Shown: piece by piece, positions 24,357 to 44,736 of the stretch
How positions within the stretch are numbered: position 1 is the first letter of the stretch
Layout of the letters: each line of letters starts with the position of its first letter
Assembly: GCF_009914755.1 (NCBI RefSeq)
Contig: NC_060940.1
DNA length: 64,000 bases
Origin: the human T2T-CHM13v2.0 reference genome, Homo sapiens
Strand: one strand, 5' to 3'
Made by a program: the position numbers and the translations under genes
The notes under the pieces: generated by a model
What the model was told of the DNA's origin: nothing
Seen by the model: the letters and a program-made list of their open reading frames with translations, nothing else
Databases searched by the model: none

Positions 24357-25185
24357 TGTGATAGTTAATATTGAGTGTCACCTTGATTGGATCGAAGGAT
24401 GCAAAGTATTGATCCTGGGTGTGTCTGTGAAGGTGTTGCCAAAGGAGATTAATATTTGAGTCAGTGGACTGAGAGAGACAGACCCACCCTCAATCTGGGT
24501 AGGCACCATCTAATTAGCTGCCAGTGTGGCTAGGATAAAGTAGGCAGGGCTGGGTGCATGCCTGCAATCCCAGCACTTTGGGAGGCCGAGGCGGGTGGGA
24601 TCACCTGAGGTCAGGAGTTCGAGACCAGTCTGGCCAACATGGTGAAACCTGGTCTCTACTAAAAATACAAAAATCAGCCAGGTGTGGTGGTGGGTGCCTG
24701 CAATCCCAGCTACTCGGGAGGCTGAGGCAGGATAATCGCTTGAACCTGGGAGGCGGAGCCTAGATGGCATCATTGCACTCCAGCCTGGGTGACAGAGCGA
24801 GACTCTGTCTCAAAATAAATAAATAAATAAAAGCAGGCAGAAGAAGTTGGAAAGAGCAGACTTGCTGAGTCTTTTGGCCTTCATCTTTCCCCTGTGCTTC
24901 CTGCCCCCAAATATTGAACTCCAAGTTCTTCAGCTTTTGGACTCTTGGACTTACACCAGTAGTTTGCCAGGGGTTCTTGGGCCTTCAGCCACAGACTGAA
25001 GGCTGCACTGTCAGCTTCCCTAATTTTGAGGTTTTGGGGCTTGGACTGGCTTCCCAGCTCCTCAGCTTGCAGATGGCCTATTGTGGGACTTCACTTGTTA
25101 TCGTGTGAGTCAATTCTCCTAATAAATTCCCCTTCAAATATTTATCTATCCTATTAGTCCTGTCTCACTAGTGAACGCTAATACA
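24357..25185 (+). mobile_element. MLT2A-type 3' LTR of the HERV-L, interrupted by an Alu (~24546-24832)
   Basis: Starts TGTGATAGTTAATATTGAGTGTCA right after the PPT, has AATAAA at ~25121, and ends …CTAATACA. Confidence 0.9.
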
Positions 25186-25386
25186 GAGGTCCTGGATCCA
25201 CTTGTTCCTGAAGCTGGATCCACCCATGAACTGTTCAGCTGCAGGAGTTAATAAGCACGCCTCTTTGGCTTGGCTCAGCTTCATCTGGGTTTCTGTCATT
25301 TGCAGATGAAAGCATCCTGACTCATCTAGACAGGATGCTGTGGGAGCACCAGCCTTCATCAACAAGGCCCCATCTCCAGGCACCTA

Positions 25387-26109
<723 letters not shown>

Positions 26110-26199
26110 TCACCCGTCTGGCTCTCAAGCTCACCAACCTACTTTCTGTTTCCGGGTACCCCCAACATCTCTCACCCCAAGCCTCCCCTCTCCCTATTC

Positions 26200-26545
26200 C
26201 ATCTCCGCTTTTGTGTCTGCCTGGCCCTCAGTCTCTCCACTTCTGCCCCTGTCTCCCTGTGTCTTTGTCACTGTGTGTCTTGGGGTCACCGCGCCCCTTT
26301 GGCTCTGACTCTGTCTCTAGTCTGTTTATGTCTCTCCAGCGCTCTTCCTCTGTCTGTCTGTCTGTCTCTCTCTTTCTCGCTCTTTGGGAACTGCTCTGTC
26401 TCTCTCATCTGTCTCTGCGTCTCTGCCCTAGTTTTGGTCTCTGTCTTGGAGATTCTCCTTCTGGTCTCTGTGTGGCTCACTGTCTCTTGCTGCGATCTCT
26501 CTCTTCTCTGTCTCCCTCCTCCTCTCCCTGCCCCTCCCTCCCCAC
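26200..26545. repeat. Degenerate CT/TCTG-rich low-complexity tract
   Basis: Repeated ctctgtctct/gtctgtctct units with strong pyrimidine bias. Confidence 0.75.
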
Positions 26546-27387
26546 ATCCTGAGTTGTCTTTGGGGAACCGGAAATTTGGGGGATCAGAGAGATATTGGGA
26601 GGCTCAGTGGCTGCTGCTGAGAGATAACGCGGGTGTGCGGGGGCTGGGGCTGGGGGTGGGAGCCCAGAATCCACTGCGCCCTCCTCCTGGCCCTGGGACA
26701 TACAAAGGCAGTGGCATGGGGGAGGTTCTGTACCCTCTGTGGGCCTCAGATGTGAACCCACCTCCCTCACGGGCTTGGGGTGAGGGGCAAATCCAGCAGC
26801 CAGGGCAGAGGTGGGGCTTGGGCTAACAAGGGGCGGAGGGAGAGTGCCCTCCAGCAGATGTCTGAAGGTGAGGCCAGTGGGGGCTGGCAAGGGGCTGAGA
26901 GGAGGGGAGGCTCTGGCCTGGCATCAGGGGTCCTCCAAGGACTCTTGAGCCCATCCCTTCCCTTCCCAGCACCTCAGTGGTTCTAGCTGTACTGTGGTGG
27001 GCTTATTTATTTAACAGACACTTGCTCTGAGACAGTCTTTAATCTTCACAACAACCCTATGAGTTCGTACTAACTCAATTTTACAGATAGGGAGACTGAG
27101 GCACAGAAAGGTTGAGTGACCTGCCCAAGGTCACACAGCTAGGAACCCTCAAAATGACAGAACTCTGATCAAATTAGGTTGGTCATTGTCAAAGTCTGAG
27201 CTGGCTGTATGCATGCCCATTTTAAACAGAAGCAGAGGTAATTCACCTTAAATCCTGGAGAGATGCCGGGATTACAGGCAGTGGCTCAGTCCTATAGTCC
27301 CAGCACTCTCAGAGGCTGAGGAAGGAAGATTGCTTGAGGCTTGGAGTTCTAGACCATCCTGGGCAATATAGTGAGACTCTGTCTCTA

Positions 27388-27567
<180 letters not shown>

Positions 27568-27716
27568 TTAGCCATGTGTGATGGCACATACTTGTAATCC
27601 CAGCTACTGGGGAGGCTGAGGCAGGAGAATTGCTTGAACCTGGGAGGTGGAAGTTTCAGTGAGCTGAAGTCACGCCGCTGTACTCCAGCCTGGGCAACAG
27701 AGAAAGACTCCTCTCA

Positions 27717-28318
<602 letters not shown>

Positions 28319-29449
28319 TTAGGAAACACAAAGCCCACTGGTAGCTAACTCTTTTCTGGCTCTACCATCTCTTAATCACAGCCTGGCAGCACCGTCGATC
28401 ACCTGTCCGAGACCACAAGGCCTCTGGGTGGCAGCGCTGGGATCCCAGCAGCCGTGGCAGGCTCTGCAGAGGCCCCAGAGCCTGAGAGACCCTCTGCATC
28501 CTTCAGAGCTCCTGGTGGCAAGCAACGGAAACCAACTGGAGCTGTTAAATGCTGGAGATTAATGGGAGGGCCAGCCAGGCACAAGGGATCATTGGAGTGG
28601 GGAAGCCGTCCTGGAAAGCCAATGGGACGTGGGGGACAGTTGTGCATAGCAGGGACTACTGTTGCCCTGCCCAGACACCCCAGCTCTGTGTTGGGCCACT
28701 GGCTTGGCCCTAACTGTCCCTTCCTCTCTGTTCACCAGCACCTGTGATTGGCCTAGTCCAGGCTCCACATCCAGGTCCAGGCTGCCTGGAGGTTGGGGAG
28801 AGAGTTCTCCCCATAAATGAAGTGGGACACAGGTCCCTCCAGAAACCACAATTGAGGCTTCTCCAATGTAATTAAGGACCATGGTGACGGAACTCTTCTC
28901 CCAGGCCTCCTCGCCCTACCTCTGGGCCTGACTCCTGTTCCACCAGCCTTGCGTGGAGCTCCTCCCACCCACCTGCTGCGTCGGGGTGAAGGGAGTCAGA
29001 TCAAATCCATGGCTTGTAAACCACTCCAAGAAGCTGATTCAGGGATTCAGCAGACATTGAATGTATCGAGGCAAATATGAGGCTTTCAGGGGTTTCTGTT
29101 GACCTAGCCTTTCTCTAGGACAAATCAGTTTGTTGTTATTATTTATTAATTGATCGACTTTTTTTAGAGATGGGGTCTTGCTCTGTTGCCCAGGCTGGAG
29201 TGCAGTGGTGTGAATGATGGCTCACTGCAGCCTCAACCTCTTGGGCTCAAGTGATCCTCCTGCCTTGGCATCCCAAAGTGCTGGATTACAGGTGTGAGCC
29301 ACCACGTCTGGCCATAATTTATTATTTTTTCCATAGAAAATAATGATCCATTTGAATTTGCAAAACAAGTCTACGCTGGTAAAGGTGGCCTTTTTCCCAT
29401 TCCATGTATATTGGGGCTGCTGGCAGTATTTCAACCACCCACCTCCCCC

Positions 29450-30175
29450 ACTTGCTCCCTGAGTCAGTCATGTGGGCCTTTTTGCTTCCTCGACACCCCA
29501 AAACCACCAGGCTCTTTTCTTCCTCTGGGTTTTTGCACTTGCTGTTCCCTCTGCCTGGAACTCTGCCCCCATGGCCTCACGTGGCCTCCTCCTTCCATCA
29601 TGTGGATCTGGCTGAAGTTTCCTCTGCTAGGAGGAGCCTTCACCCTCCACCCCATGTAACTGTGTGTGTTCCCATCTCAGTCCCCCTGCATCTCATTACC
29701 CCATTGAATTGACTTCCTAATGCTGATCTCTTTTTTTTTTGAGATGGAGTCTGTCTGGCCCTGTTGCCCAGGCTGGAGTGCAATGGCATGATATTGGCTC
29801 ACTGCAACCTCCACCTCCTGGGTTCAAGCAATCAATCCTTCTGCCCTAGCCTCCCAAGTAGCTGGGACTACAGGCATGTGCCACCATGCCTGGCTAATTT
29901 TTGTATTTTTAGTAGAGATGGGGTTTCACCATGTTGGCCAGGCTGGTCTTGAACTCCTGTCCTCATGTGATGCACCAGCCTTGGCCTCCCAAAGTGCTGG
30001 GATTACAGGCTTGAACCACCGCACCCGGCTATAACGCTGATCTCTTTATACATTTGGTGTTTTTGTCTATCCTCCTTGGGACTGTGAGCTCCCTGTTCAT
30101 CTCTGTCACTCCAGGGTCCAGCAAAGAGCTTGGCACAGAGTAGCTGTTCGACAATCATGTTGAGCAAATGAATTA
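29450..30175 (+). mobile_element. L2 3'-end fragments interrupted by an Alu
   Basis: ttgcacttgctgttccctctgcctggaac…, gactgtgagctcc…, ggcacagagtagctg…gttgagcaaatgaat. Confidence 0.65.
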
Positions 30176-30661
30176 AAAAAGAGCTTAAGACAAACACGTG
30201 AGGCCCTTAACAACAAGTTCCTTCCAGCCCTAACACGTGGTACGTTCCCAGCCTTAGAGAAAGCACTGTCTAAAGGAGAGACTGCAAACTGATTGCTCAC
30301 CAACGTGTTTAATTTTTTTAGATGCTATGGTTAAAAAAAACCCCACCACATAAGATAACATTTACCATCTTAACCATTTGTAAGTGTACAGTTCAGTAGT
30401 GTTAAGTATATTCACATCGTTGTGCAACAGATCTCTAGAACTTTTTCATCTTGCAAAAGTGTTTTTCATCTTTGCAAAACTAAAACTCCCTACCCATTAA
30501 ACAACAACTCCTGGCAACTGCCAGTCTACTTTCTGTTTCTTGTTTTTGCATGTGTGTGACTGGCTTATTTCATTAGCATAATGTCCTCCAGATTCATCCA
30601 TGCCATAGCGTGCGATAGGATTTCCTTCCTTTTGAAGGTTGAATAATATTCCATTGCACGG

Positions 30662-32553
<1,892 letters not shown>

Positions 32554-32676
32554 TATGGATATACCATATTTTGTTTATCCCCTCATCCTTCAATGGCCAG
32601 TTGGGTTGCTTCCACCCTGGCTACTGTGAGCAATGCTGCTATGAGCATGGGAGTGCAGCTACGTCTTCAAGATCTA

Positions 32677-32946
<270 letters not shown>

Positions 32947-33148
32947 TTAAAAAAAAAAAATTCTAGCTTTTAATTCTTTTAAATATATACCCAGAAGTGG
33001 GATTGCCAGATCACATGGTAGTTCTGTTTTTAACATTTTGGGGAACTGCCATCTTATTTTTCATAGAGGTTGCACCATTTTGCATTCCCACCAACAGAGA
33101 ACAAGAGCTCCAATTTCTCTATGTCCTTCCCAACGCTTGTTATTCTCT

Positions 33149-33181
<33 letters not shown>

Positions 33182-33182
33182 A

Positions 33183-33350
<168 letters not shown>

Positions 33351-33919
33351 TAGTAGAGATGGGGTTTCACCATGTTGGCCAGGCTGGTCTCGAACTCCTG
33401 ACTTCAGGTGATCCTCCTGCCTTGGCCTCCCAAAGTGTTGAGATTACAGGCGTGAGTCACTGCACCCGGCCCTGTTTTTTGATCATAACCATTCTAGTGG
33501 GTATAGAGTGGTATCTCATGGGTTTGATTTGCATTTTCCTAAGGATTTGTGGTATTGAGCATCTTTTCATACATTTGTTGGCCATTTGTATATCATCTTT
33601 GGAGAAATGCCTATTCAAGTATTTTGCGCATTAAAAATTTATTTTTATTTATCTTTTTAGAGTCTAGAGTCTTGCTATGTTGCTCAGGCTGGCCTCAAAC
33701 TCCTGGGCTCAAGCAATCCTTCTGCTTCTGCCTCCCTAAGTACTGGCATTATGGGCATGAGGCACCATGCCCAGCCTGCCCATTCTTTAAGTTGGGTTGT
33801 TTTGTTGTTGTTGAGTTGTAGGAGTTTTTTAAAAAAATATTTAGGGTATTAACCTGTTATCAGATATATGATTTGCAAATATTTTCTCCCATTCCATAGG
33901 TTGCTTTTCACGGGGTTGA

Positions 33920-34266
<347 letters not shown>

Positions 34267-35207
34267 TAATTTTGATGTAGTCCTATTTTACCTTTTTTTT
34301 GATGTTATTGTTGCCTGTGCCTTTCTTTTCTTTCTTTCTTTCTTTTTTTTTTTGAGACAGAGTTTCACTCTTGTTGCCCAGGTTGGATTGCAGTGGCACG
34401 ATCTTGGCTCACTGCAACCTCCACCTCCTGGGTTCAAGTGATCCTTCTGCCTCAGCCTCCTGAGTATGTGGGATTACAGGCATGTGCCACCACGCTCAGC
34501 TAATTTTTGTATTTTTAGTACAGACAGGGTTTTGCCATGTTGGCCAGGCTGGTCTTGAACTCCTCACCTCAAGTGATCTGCCCACCTCGGCTCCTAAAGT
34601 GCTGGGAATACAGGCATGAGCCACCGTGCCTGGCTGCCTGTGCCTTTCTTGGTGTCATATCTAATAAATCATTGTCAAGTTCAGTGACATGAAGCTTTTT
34701 CCCTATATTTTTTTTCTAGGCGTTTTATAGTTTTAGGCCTTATATTTAAGTCTTTAAATTTTGAATTAATTTTTGTATATGGCCAGGCATGGTGGCTCAT
34801 GCCTGTAATCTCAGTACTTTGGGAGGCCAAGGCGGGCAGATCACCGAGGTCGGGAGTTCGAGACCGGCCTGACCAACATGGAGAAACCCCGTCTCTACTA
34901 AAAATACAAAATTAGCCAGGCTTGGTGGTGCGCTCCTGTAATCCCAGCTGCTCAGGAGGCTGAGGCAGGAGCATCCTGGAGCCCTGGAGGTGGAGGTTGT
35001 GGTGAGCCGAGGTCGCGCCATCGCACTCCAGCCTGGGCGACAAGAGCAAAATTCCGTCTCAAAAAAATTTTTTTGTGTGTGTGTACGGTGTATGATAAGG
35101 GTCTAACTGCATTATTTGTATGTGAATAGCCAGTTTTCCCAACACCATTTGTTGAAGATACTGCTTTTTCTGCCACTGAATGGTCTTGGCACCCTTGCCA
35201 AAGATTA

Positions 35208-35336
<129 letters not shown>

Positions 35337-35517
35337 CTAGGTCTCTGCCAAAAAAAAAAAAAAAAATAGCCAGACATGGTGACACCCACATCTAGTCTCA
35401 GGTACTTGGGAGACTGAGGTGGGAGGATAGCTTGATCACAGGAGTTTGAAGTTTCAGTGAGCTACAATCATACCACTGTGTGCCAGCCTGGGCAACAGAG
35501 TGAGATCTTGTAACAAA

Positions 35518-35563
<46 letters not shown>
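35518..35563. repeat. (AAT)n microsatellite derived from an Alu tail
   Basis: About 15 perfect AAT units. Confidence 0.9.
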
Positions 35564-35566
<3 letters not shown>

Positions 35567-36025
35567 GTAAGGATGTATTTCCGGGCTCTCTATTCCATTA
35601 GTCTATATCTCTGTCTTTATGCCAAGTACCACATTGTTTTGATTACTGTAGCTTTGTAACACATATTGAAATCAGGAAGTAGTCTTCTTACTTCTTAAGA
35701 TTTTTTAAACTTAATTTTTATTTTTTGAGACAGGGTCTCACCCTGTCACCCAGGCTAGAGTGCAGTGGTGGGTCCAGGCAATTCTCCTGCCTCAGCCTCC
35801 TGAGTACCTGGGACTACAGGTGCTCGCCACCACGCCTGGCTAATTTTTGTATTTTTAGTAGTGACGGGGTTTCACCACGTTAGCCAGGCTAGTCTCAAAC
35901 TCCTGACCTCAAGTGATCCACAAGCCTTGGCCTCCCTAAGTGCTGGGGTTATAGGCATGAGCCACCTCACCTGGCCTACGATTTATTTATTTATTTATTT
36001 ATTTTATTTTATTTTTATTTTTTGA

Positions 36026-36130
<105 letters not shown>

Positions 36131-36556
36131 TGAGTATCTGGGATTAAAGGCACCTGCCACCACGCCCGGCTAACTTTTGTAGTTTTCGTAGAGACAGAGT
36201 TTTACCATGTTGGCCAGGCTGTTCTAGAACTCCTGACCTCAGATGATCCACCCTCCTCAGCTTCCCAAAGTGCTGGGATTACAGGTGTGAGCCAATGTGC
36301 CCGGCCTTTTTAATTTTTTTTTTTAATTTGGTGTGATATCAGTTAGAATTAAAAAATTTTTTAATTAATATTATTTTGATTGACAAATCATAGTTGTTTA
36401 CATTTATGAGATACAAGGTGATTTTTAAATTTTTTTTTTATAGAGATGAGATCTAGCTATGTTACCCAGGCTGGTCTCAAACTCCTGGCCTCAAGTTATC
36501 CACCCGGCTCCACTTCTCAAAGTGCTGGGATTACAGGCATGAGCCACTGTGCCCAG

Positions 36557-36558
<2 letters not shown>

Positions 36559-36611
<53 letters not shown>

Positions 36612-36620
36612 GATATATAT
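36559..36620. repeat. (AC)n followed by (AT)n microsatellite
   Basis: About 22 AC units followed by atatatat. Confidence 0.9.
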
Positions 36621-36876
36621 ATTTTAATAGGCAGTACTCTGTAATCCCAGCTACTCGGTAGGCTAAGGCAGAAGGATACCTTCAGCCCAGGAGTTTGAGA
36701 CCAGCCTAAAAAAAAAGAAAAGGAAAAGGCAGTATATTCCTGTGGTTCAAAATTCCAAAGGTACTAAAGATTTTAACAGAAAAATCTCTCTCCCACCTGT
36801 TCCCTAACCACCAAATTCCTGTCCAAAGTCACAGTCATTCTTATCAGTTACCCAAAGATTTTCCACACTTCTATAA

Positions 36877-37353
<477 letters not shown>

Positions 37354-38204
37354 TAGCTTCTTGAGTAGCTGGGATTACAGGCGCCTGCCACCATGCCCGG
37401 CTAATTTTTGTATCTTTTGTAGAGGCAGGAGTCTCACCATGTTTCTCAGGCTGGTCTCGAACCTCTGAGCTCAAGCCATCCTCCTGCCTCAGCCTTCCAA
37501 AGTGCTGGGATTACAGGTGTTAGACATCACACCCGGCCAGTGCATTCTTTTTCTATTGTTTGAGATGGAGTCTCACTCTGTTGCCCAGGCTGGAGTGCAG
37601 TGGCAGTGATCTTGGCTCACTGCAATCTCCACCTCTCAGGTTCAAGAGATTTTCTTGCCTCAGCCTCCCAAGTAGCTCGGATGACAGGCACGTGCCACCA
37701 TGCCCAGCTAATTTTTGTATTTTTTAGTAGAGACGGGACTTCACCATATTGGACAGGTTGGTCTCGAACTCCTGACCTCGTGATCCGCCCGCCTTGGCCT
37801 CCCAAAGTGCTGGGATTACAGGCAGGACCACCGTGCCCGGCCCAGTGCATTCTTTTTTAATAGCTGCATGGTTATGCTGTTGTGTGGATGGACTTTAAAT
37901 AGCTACCTCATGATGGACATTTAGATTGTTTTAATAGTTTACCCCCCAGAAGCTGCAATGAATAATCTTATGTGTAAGTCATTTAGCCCGCGTGGGAGGA
38001 CTTCTGTATAATGAATCCCTTGAAGAAGAGTCGTTTGGTCAAAGTGAATATGCATGTGTGATTTTGCTAGATACTGCCAAATTCCCCTTCGGGGGAAGGG
38101 ATTAGTTGACACTCCCACAAGAGGTGGCCCACAGTAGCTGTTTCCCCACACCCTTGCCAGCTCAGAGTGCTATCAAACTCCTTAATCTTTTGCCAAACTG
38201 TTAG

Positions 38205-38561
<357 letters not shown>

Positions 38562-38820
38562 TAGCGGAGCATCTTTTCATATGTTTGCATTGTTTCTATT
38601 TACTCTTCTGTGATCTATCTGTACACGTCCATTGACATTTTTTTGAGTAGTCTTTTTCTTATTTATTTCATGAGAAGCAGCTATATTTTTCCCGTTTGTC
38701 ACTGATCTTTTTAAAAAACATGTTTCTGAAGTATAACATGCTCCACACAGTGTGAAATCAGAAGCGTGCAGCTTGATGGATCTTCAAAAAGTGGAGCTTC
38801 CTGTGACACTTGGCATTTAA

Positions 38821-39189
<369 letters not shown>

Positions 39190-39302
39190 TGATCAATCTT
39201 TTGTTTTATGACATATTGGTTTTGTGTTAGGTTTTCCCATTCTGAGATTTAAAAAAAAATCTGACATAGTTTATTTTAGTATTGTTGCTATTTTATTGCT
39301 AA

Positions 39303-39488
<186 letters not shown>

Positions 39489-40323
39489 TAGACATAGGGT
39501 CTTGATATGTTGCCCAGGCTGGTCTCAAACTCCTGGGCGCAAGCGATCCTCCTGCCTCAGCCTCCTAAAGTGCTGTGGTTACAGGCGTGAGCCACCATGC
39601 CTGGCCTCATTTAAACCATGAACGTAATTTATCCTGGTGTAAGGTGTGAACTATGAATCTGCATTATTATTTTTTTTTCAGATGGCTAAACTTTGTCCCA
39701 AAGCCAATTTATTGCATAATCCGTATTTTCCCCACTCATCTGAAAAAGTGCCTTATCCTATGCTAAATTCTCTTGGGCTGTTTCTGGATTTGCTGGTCTA
39801 TTCTGCTAACTGCTGTCTATTCATGGGGACATTTTAGTTGGTGCCACAAATTTATTGAGCAGTTCTGTGCTATGTGTTCTATATATAAGCTGCGGTAGTT
39901 AACACAATTAGAATATTGGGCTGGGCTCCGTGGCTCATGCCTGTAATCCCAGCACTTTGGGAGGCTGAGGCAGGCAGATCACTAGCGGGCAGGAGTTCAA
40001 GATCAGCCTGGCCAACATGGAGAAACCCCGTCTCTACTAAAAATACAAAACTCAGCCGGGCGTGGTGGTGGGTGCCTGTAACCCCAGCTACTCGGGAAAC
40101 TGAGGCATGAGAATTGCTTGAGCCGGGATGCGGAGGTTGCAATGAGCCGAGATCGCACCACTGCACTCCAGTCTGGGTGACAGAGCAAGACTCTGTCTCA
40201 AAAAAAAAAAAAAAAATTAAAATACTGACTCAGTGGCCGTGTGAACGTTAGCAAGTGACTTCATCCCTCTGCCTCAGTTTCTTCAGCAATAAAGTAGAAA
40301 TGATAATAGTGCCCACCTCATAG

Positions 40324-40464
<141 letters not shown>

Positions 40465-41944
40465 TGAGAATCTGGGACCACAGTATGCACCACCACACCT
40501 GGCTAATTTTTGTATTTTTTGCCATGGTGGTCAAGCTGGTCTCAAACTCCTAGCTTAAAGTGACTCGCCCGCCTTTGGCCTTGCAAAGTGCTGGGATTAC
40601 AGGCATGAGTCACCATGCCCAGCCCTGATTCAAGAATTTAATGTACTATGCAAAGTGCCTATAGCAGTGTCTGGCATATAATATACACTAAATAAATGTT
40701 AGTCATTTATTTTTATTATTTAGGGTCCTTTTTTTTTTTTTCTTTTTGTAGAGATGGAGGTCTTGCTATGTTGCCCAGGCTGGTCTTGAACTCCTGGCCT
40801 AAAATGGTTCTAGTGCTCTGGCCTCCCAAAGTGCTGGGATTACAGGTGTGGGCCATCACACCTGGCTGTAAGGCCATTTTTAATACTTCCTTCAGCCCTG
40901 TGACTGTTGACCCAATTCTTTGGATGAGGAAATTGGGGCTTGAGGCCCTGAGATGAGTTGCCCAGGAACTTGGTGAGTGGCGGCACTGGTTCGGAGAGAG
41001 GCTTCCCTTGTTCTTGAGACCTGTGTGCATAAGCCTGGCCACTTTGAGCTGTCAGATCTCTCTGAATTCTCGTGGGGGAGATGGGGCCTTTTCTTCCTTC
41101 CTTTCTGTCACCCCAGCACCGCGGTGGCTGATCCCCGAAGAGGAAATGTCACACGAGGCCCCCCTAGTTGAGGGTGGGATGAGGCTTCACCAGGCGGCTG
41201 CAGCTCCAGCTTGCGTATTGAAAGACATCCTGGGTTCAGGCAGCCGGATCCTCAGCAGCTCAGCCTTTCCCTGCCAGGCCTACAGGGACCCCAAGTCTCT
41301 GAGAAGGCGGTGGCCTGCCTGGGGAGCCCTGGGGCCTTGGAAAGAGACCCCCACAGCCCATCCCTCACCAGCGGTGGGACCTGGGGCAAAAGCCTTCGCC
41401 CTTCTGAGGGTCAGTGTCCTCTGTGAAATGGGCAGGTTGTAACAGGGCTCAAAGAAGGTGATGGGTGCCTCGAGGGCTGGTGTGGAGATTTGCAGGGGGC
41501 TAGTGATTTAAAATGGCAAACAATGTGTTCTGTTTCCTACCATCCCCACCCCACAAAAGCAGCTGGGTATGGAGACAGAGGGCCCAAACTGCCAGTTCAA
41601 AGGCCTGTGTGCCAGGTGTGAGGCAGAGAGGACCCAGGAGGGGCCAAGCGGGAGAATGAGGTTTCTCCTGCTAGCGAGAGGGAAGATGTAGTGAGCTGGA
41701 AAGGGAACCCGAGGGAGGGTCTGGTCGTGGAGGCAGGTGGAACTTTTCCTCCCTACCCCTCCTTGAGGCCAGTCCAGGGGGAAAGAAGGTGGGGTGGGGG
41801 AAGGGGTAGATGGAAAGGAAGGAAATACAGAGGAAGGGTGCCCCCGGGGAGTTTGGGGTATTTGAGGGAGAGGCAGATTGGCATCCTCCTCCCTAACTGG
41901 AGTTGCTGGGTTGCGTCTTTACAGACAAATCCAGCTCCATGGGT

Positions 41945-42405
41945 TGGGCAGCCCGATTTGGCAGATAAAAATGCAGGATGCAATTGCTGGGACATACTTA
42001 TACTAAAACATTATTATTATTATTATTATTACTATTATTTTAGAGATGGGGTCTTGCTCTGTTGTCCAGGCTGGAGTGAAGTGGCACGAACATGGCTCAT
42101 TGCAGCCTTGACCTCCTGGGCTTTATCAATTTTCTTGCCTCAGCCCCTCAAGTAGCTGGGACTACAGATGTGCGCCACCACACCCGGTTAATTTTTAAAT
42201 TTTTATAGGGACGGTGACGGAGGTCTCGCTATGTTGCCCAGGCCGGTCTTGAATACCTGGCCTCAAGGGATCATCCATCTTGGTCTCCCAAAGTGTTGGG
42301 GTTACAGGCATGAGCCACCGTGCCCAGTCACTAAAACACTATTTGTTGGTTATCTGAAATTCAAATTTAACTGAATGCCCTGTGTTTTATCTGTCTTACC
42401 TACCC
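41945..42405. mobile_element. MER53-like DNA-transposon MITE interrupted by an Alu
   Basis: gatttggcagataaaaatgcagga…gggacatacttatactaaaac / tatctgaaattcaaatttaactg…ctgtgttttatctg. Confidence 0.7.
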
Positions 42406-43203
42406 AGGGGGCCTGAGGAAGACAGGGCTGGAGAGTGCTGATGAGGTATTGCATGACCTGTGTATGGTGCAGAGGTGCTCCAGGAGTTTCTGCAGGCTCT
42501 GATAGGGATACAGAAGGTAGCTGGGAGGATGTGACCTTGTAGCTGACGGCTGGTCCCAAGCAGGCGTCAAGCAGGAGGCTTGAGAAGCCTTAGCAACAAC
42601 AAAAATGAAGAGGAAAGCCTCCAAGCTGCAAGAGAAACCGCAGTGCTCCTGCAGGTGGGAGGTGGGGGGAGCAACCCATCAGCCACCCAGCTTTGTCCAA
42701 ACTCTCTCCCCTCCCCCAGTCACCCAGCCACATTCGCGGGCTCCCACCCTGTGGCCTGGGGGCTGAGGCTCTCCCAGGGGCAAGTGAAGCAGAAGAAAGA
42801 ACACCATGGCGGTCCTCAGAGAATGGCTGGGGCTTAGAATCTTCAATGCAACTGAACAACAACAACAAAAATCACCAATTTGGACTGAATTTACCCAAAT
42901 ATGTCTCAATGATATTGTCAGAGGTGGTGAAGGTTGGAGTCAAGAAAATTATACTTGGGCTGGGTGCAGTAGCTCACAGCTGTAATCTCAGCACTTTGGA
43001 AGGTCAAGGCAGGAAGATCACTTAAGCCCAGGGGTTCAAGACCAGCCTGGGCAGCATAGCGAGACCCCATCTCTACAAAAAATACAGAAATTAGCCGGGT
43101 GTGGTGGTGCACACCTGTAGTCCCAGCTACTCGGGGGGCTGAGGTGGGAGGATCGCTTGAACCTAGGAGGTTGAGGAGGCTATAGTGAACTATGATAGCA
43201 TCA

Positions 43204-43431
<228 letters not shown>

Positions 43432-43434
43432 TCA

Positions 43435-43539
<105 letters not shown>

Positions 43540-43545
43540 TCAAAA

Positions 43546-43581
<36 letters not shown>

Positions 43582-44069
43582 AAAATAAAATATAAAATAG
43601 GGTTATGCTGTTTTCTTCCACGCCGATACCCTGTGCCCTGTCCTATTTGCTCCATGTTGAGTGCCTGGCATGGCTCCTGACACCCAGTCCCCAGACACTG
43701 GGGCATGAGCAGGGCATTGAGGAGGACCTGAACACCCAGGGCAGGCACCCAGAGAAGTGCTCCTTGTAATGCAGACTCTGAAGTCACTGGCAGCGGGAGG
43801 TGAGAGCTGCTTGAACGTGGAAAGAAGTGCTGGCACTCGAAGGGGTCACAGTCACTTTTTCCTATTTACCCAACACTTCTCCAGCATTAACTGTGGCCTG
43901 CCCTGTCTTAACTGCTTTATAAATATCACTTTATTTATCTTTTTCCTTTATTTTAAAATTTGTTTTTAAGAGACACAGTCTTACTTCGTCACCCAGGCTG
44001 GAGTGCAGTGGTGTGATCATGGCTCACTGCTGTCTTGAACTGTTGGGCTCAAGGGATCCACCTGCCTAA

Positions 44070-44321
<252 letters not shown>

Positions 44322-44544
44322 TAGCAAGGATGGTCTCAATCTCCTGACCTCAGATCTGCCCGCCTTGGCCTCCCAAAGTGCTAGGATTACAGGCGTGAGG
44401 CACTGCGCCTGGTCCACCTGGCTAATTTTAAAAATTGTTTTGCAGAGATGGGGTCTCACTTTCTTGCCAAGGCTCGTCTTGAACTCCTGGGCTCAAGTGA
44501 TCCTCCTTTCTCAGACTCCCAAAGTGCTAAAATTATAAGTGTGA

Positions 44545-44736
<192 letters not shown>

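Noticed and set aside
28383-28410. REST half-sites (cagcacc … ctgtcc)
   Set aside because: Orientation and spacing do not match the canonical RE1 element.
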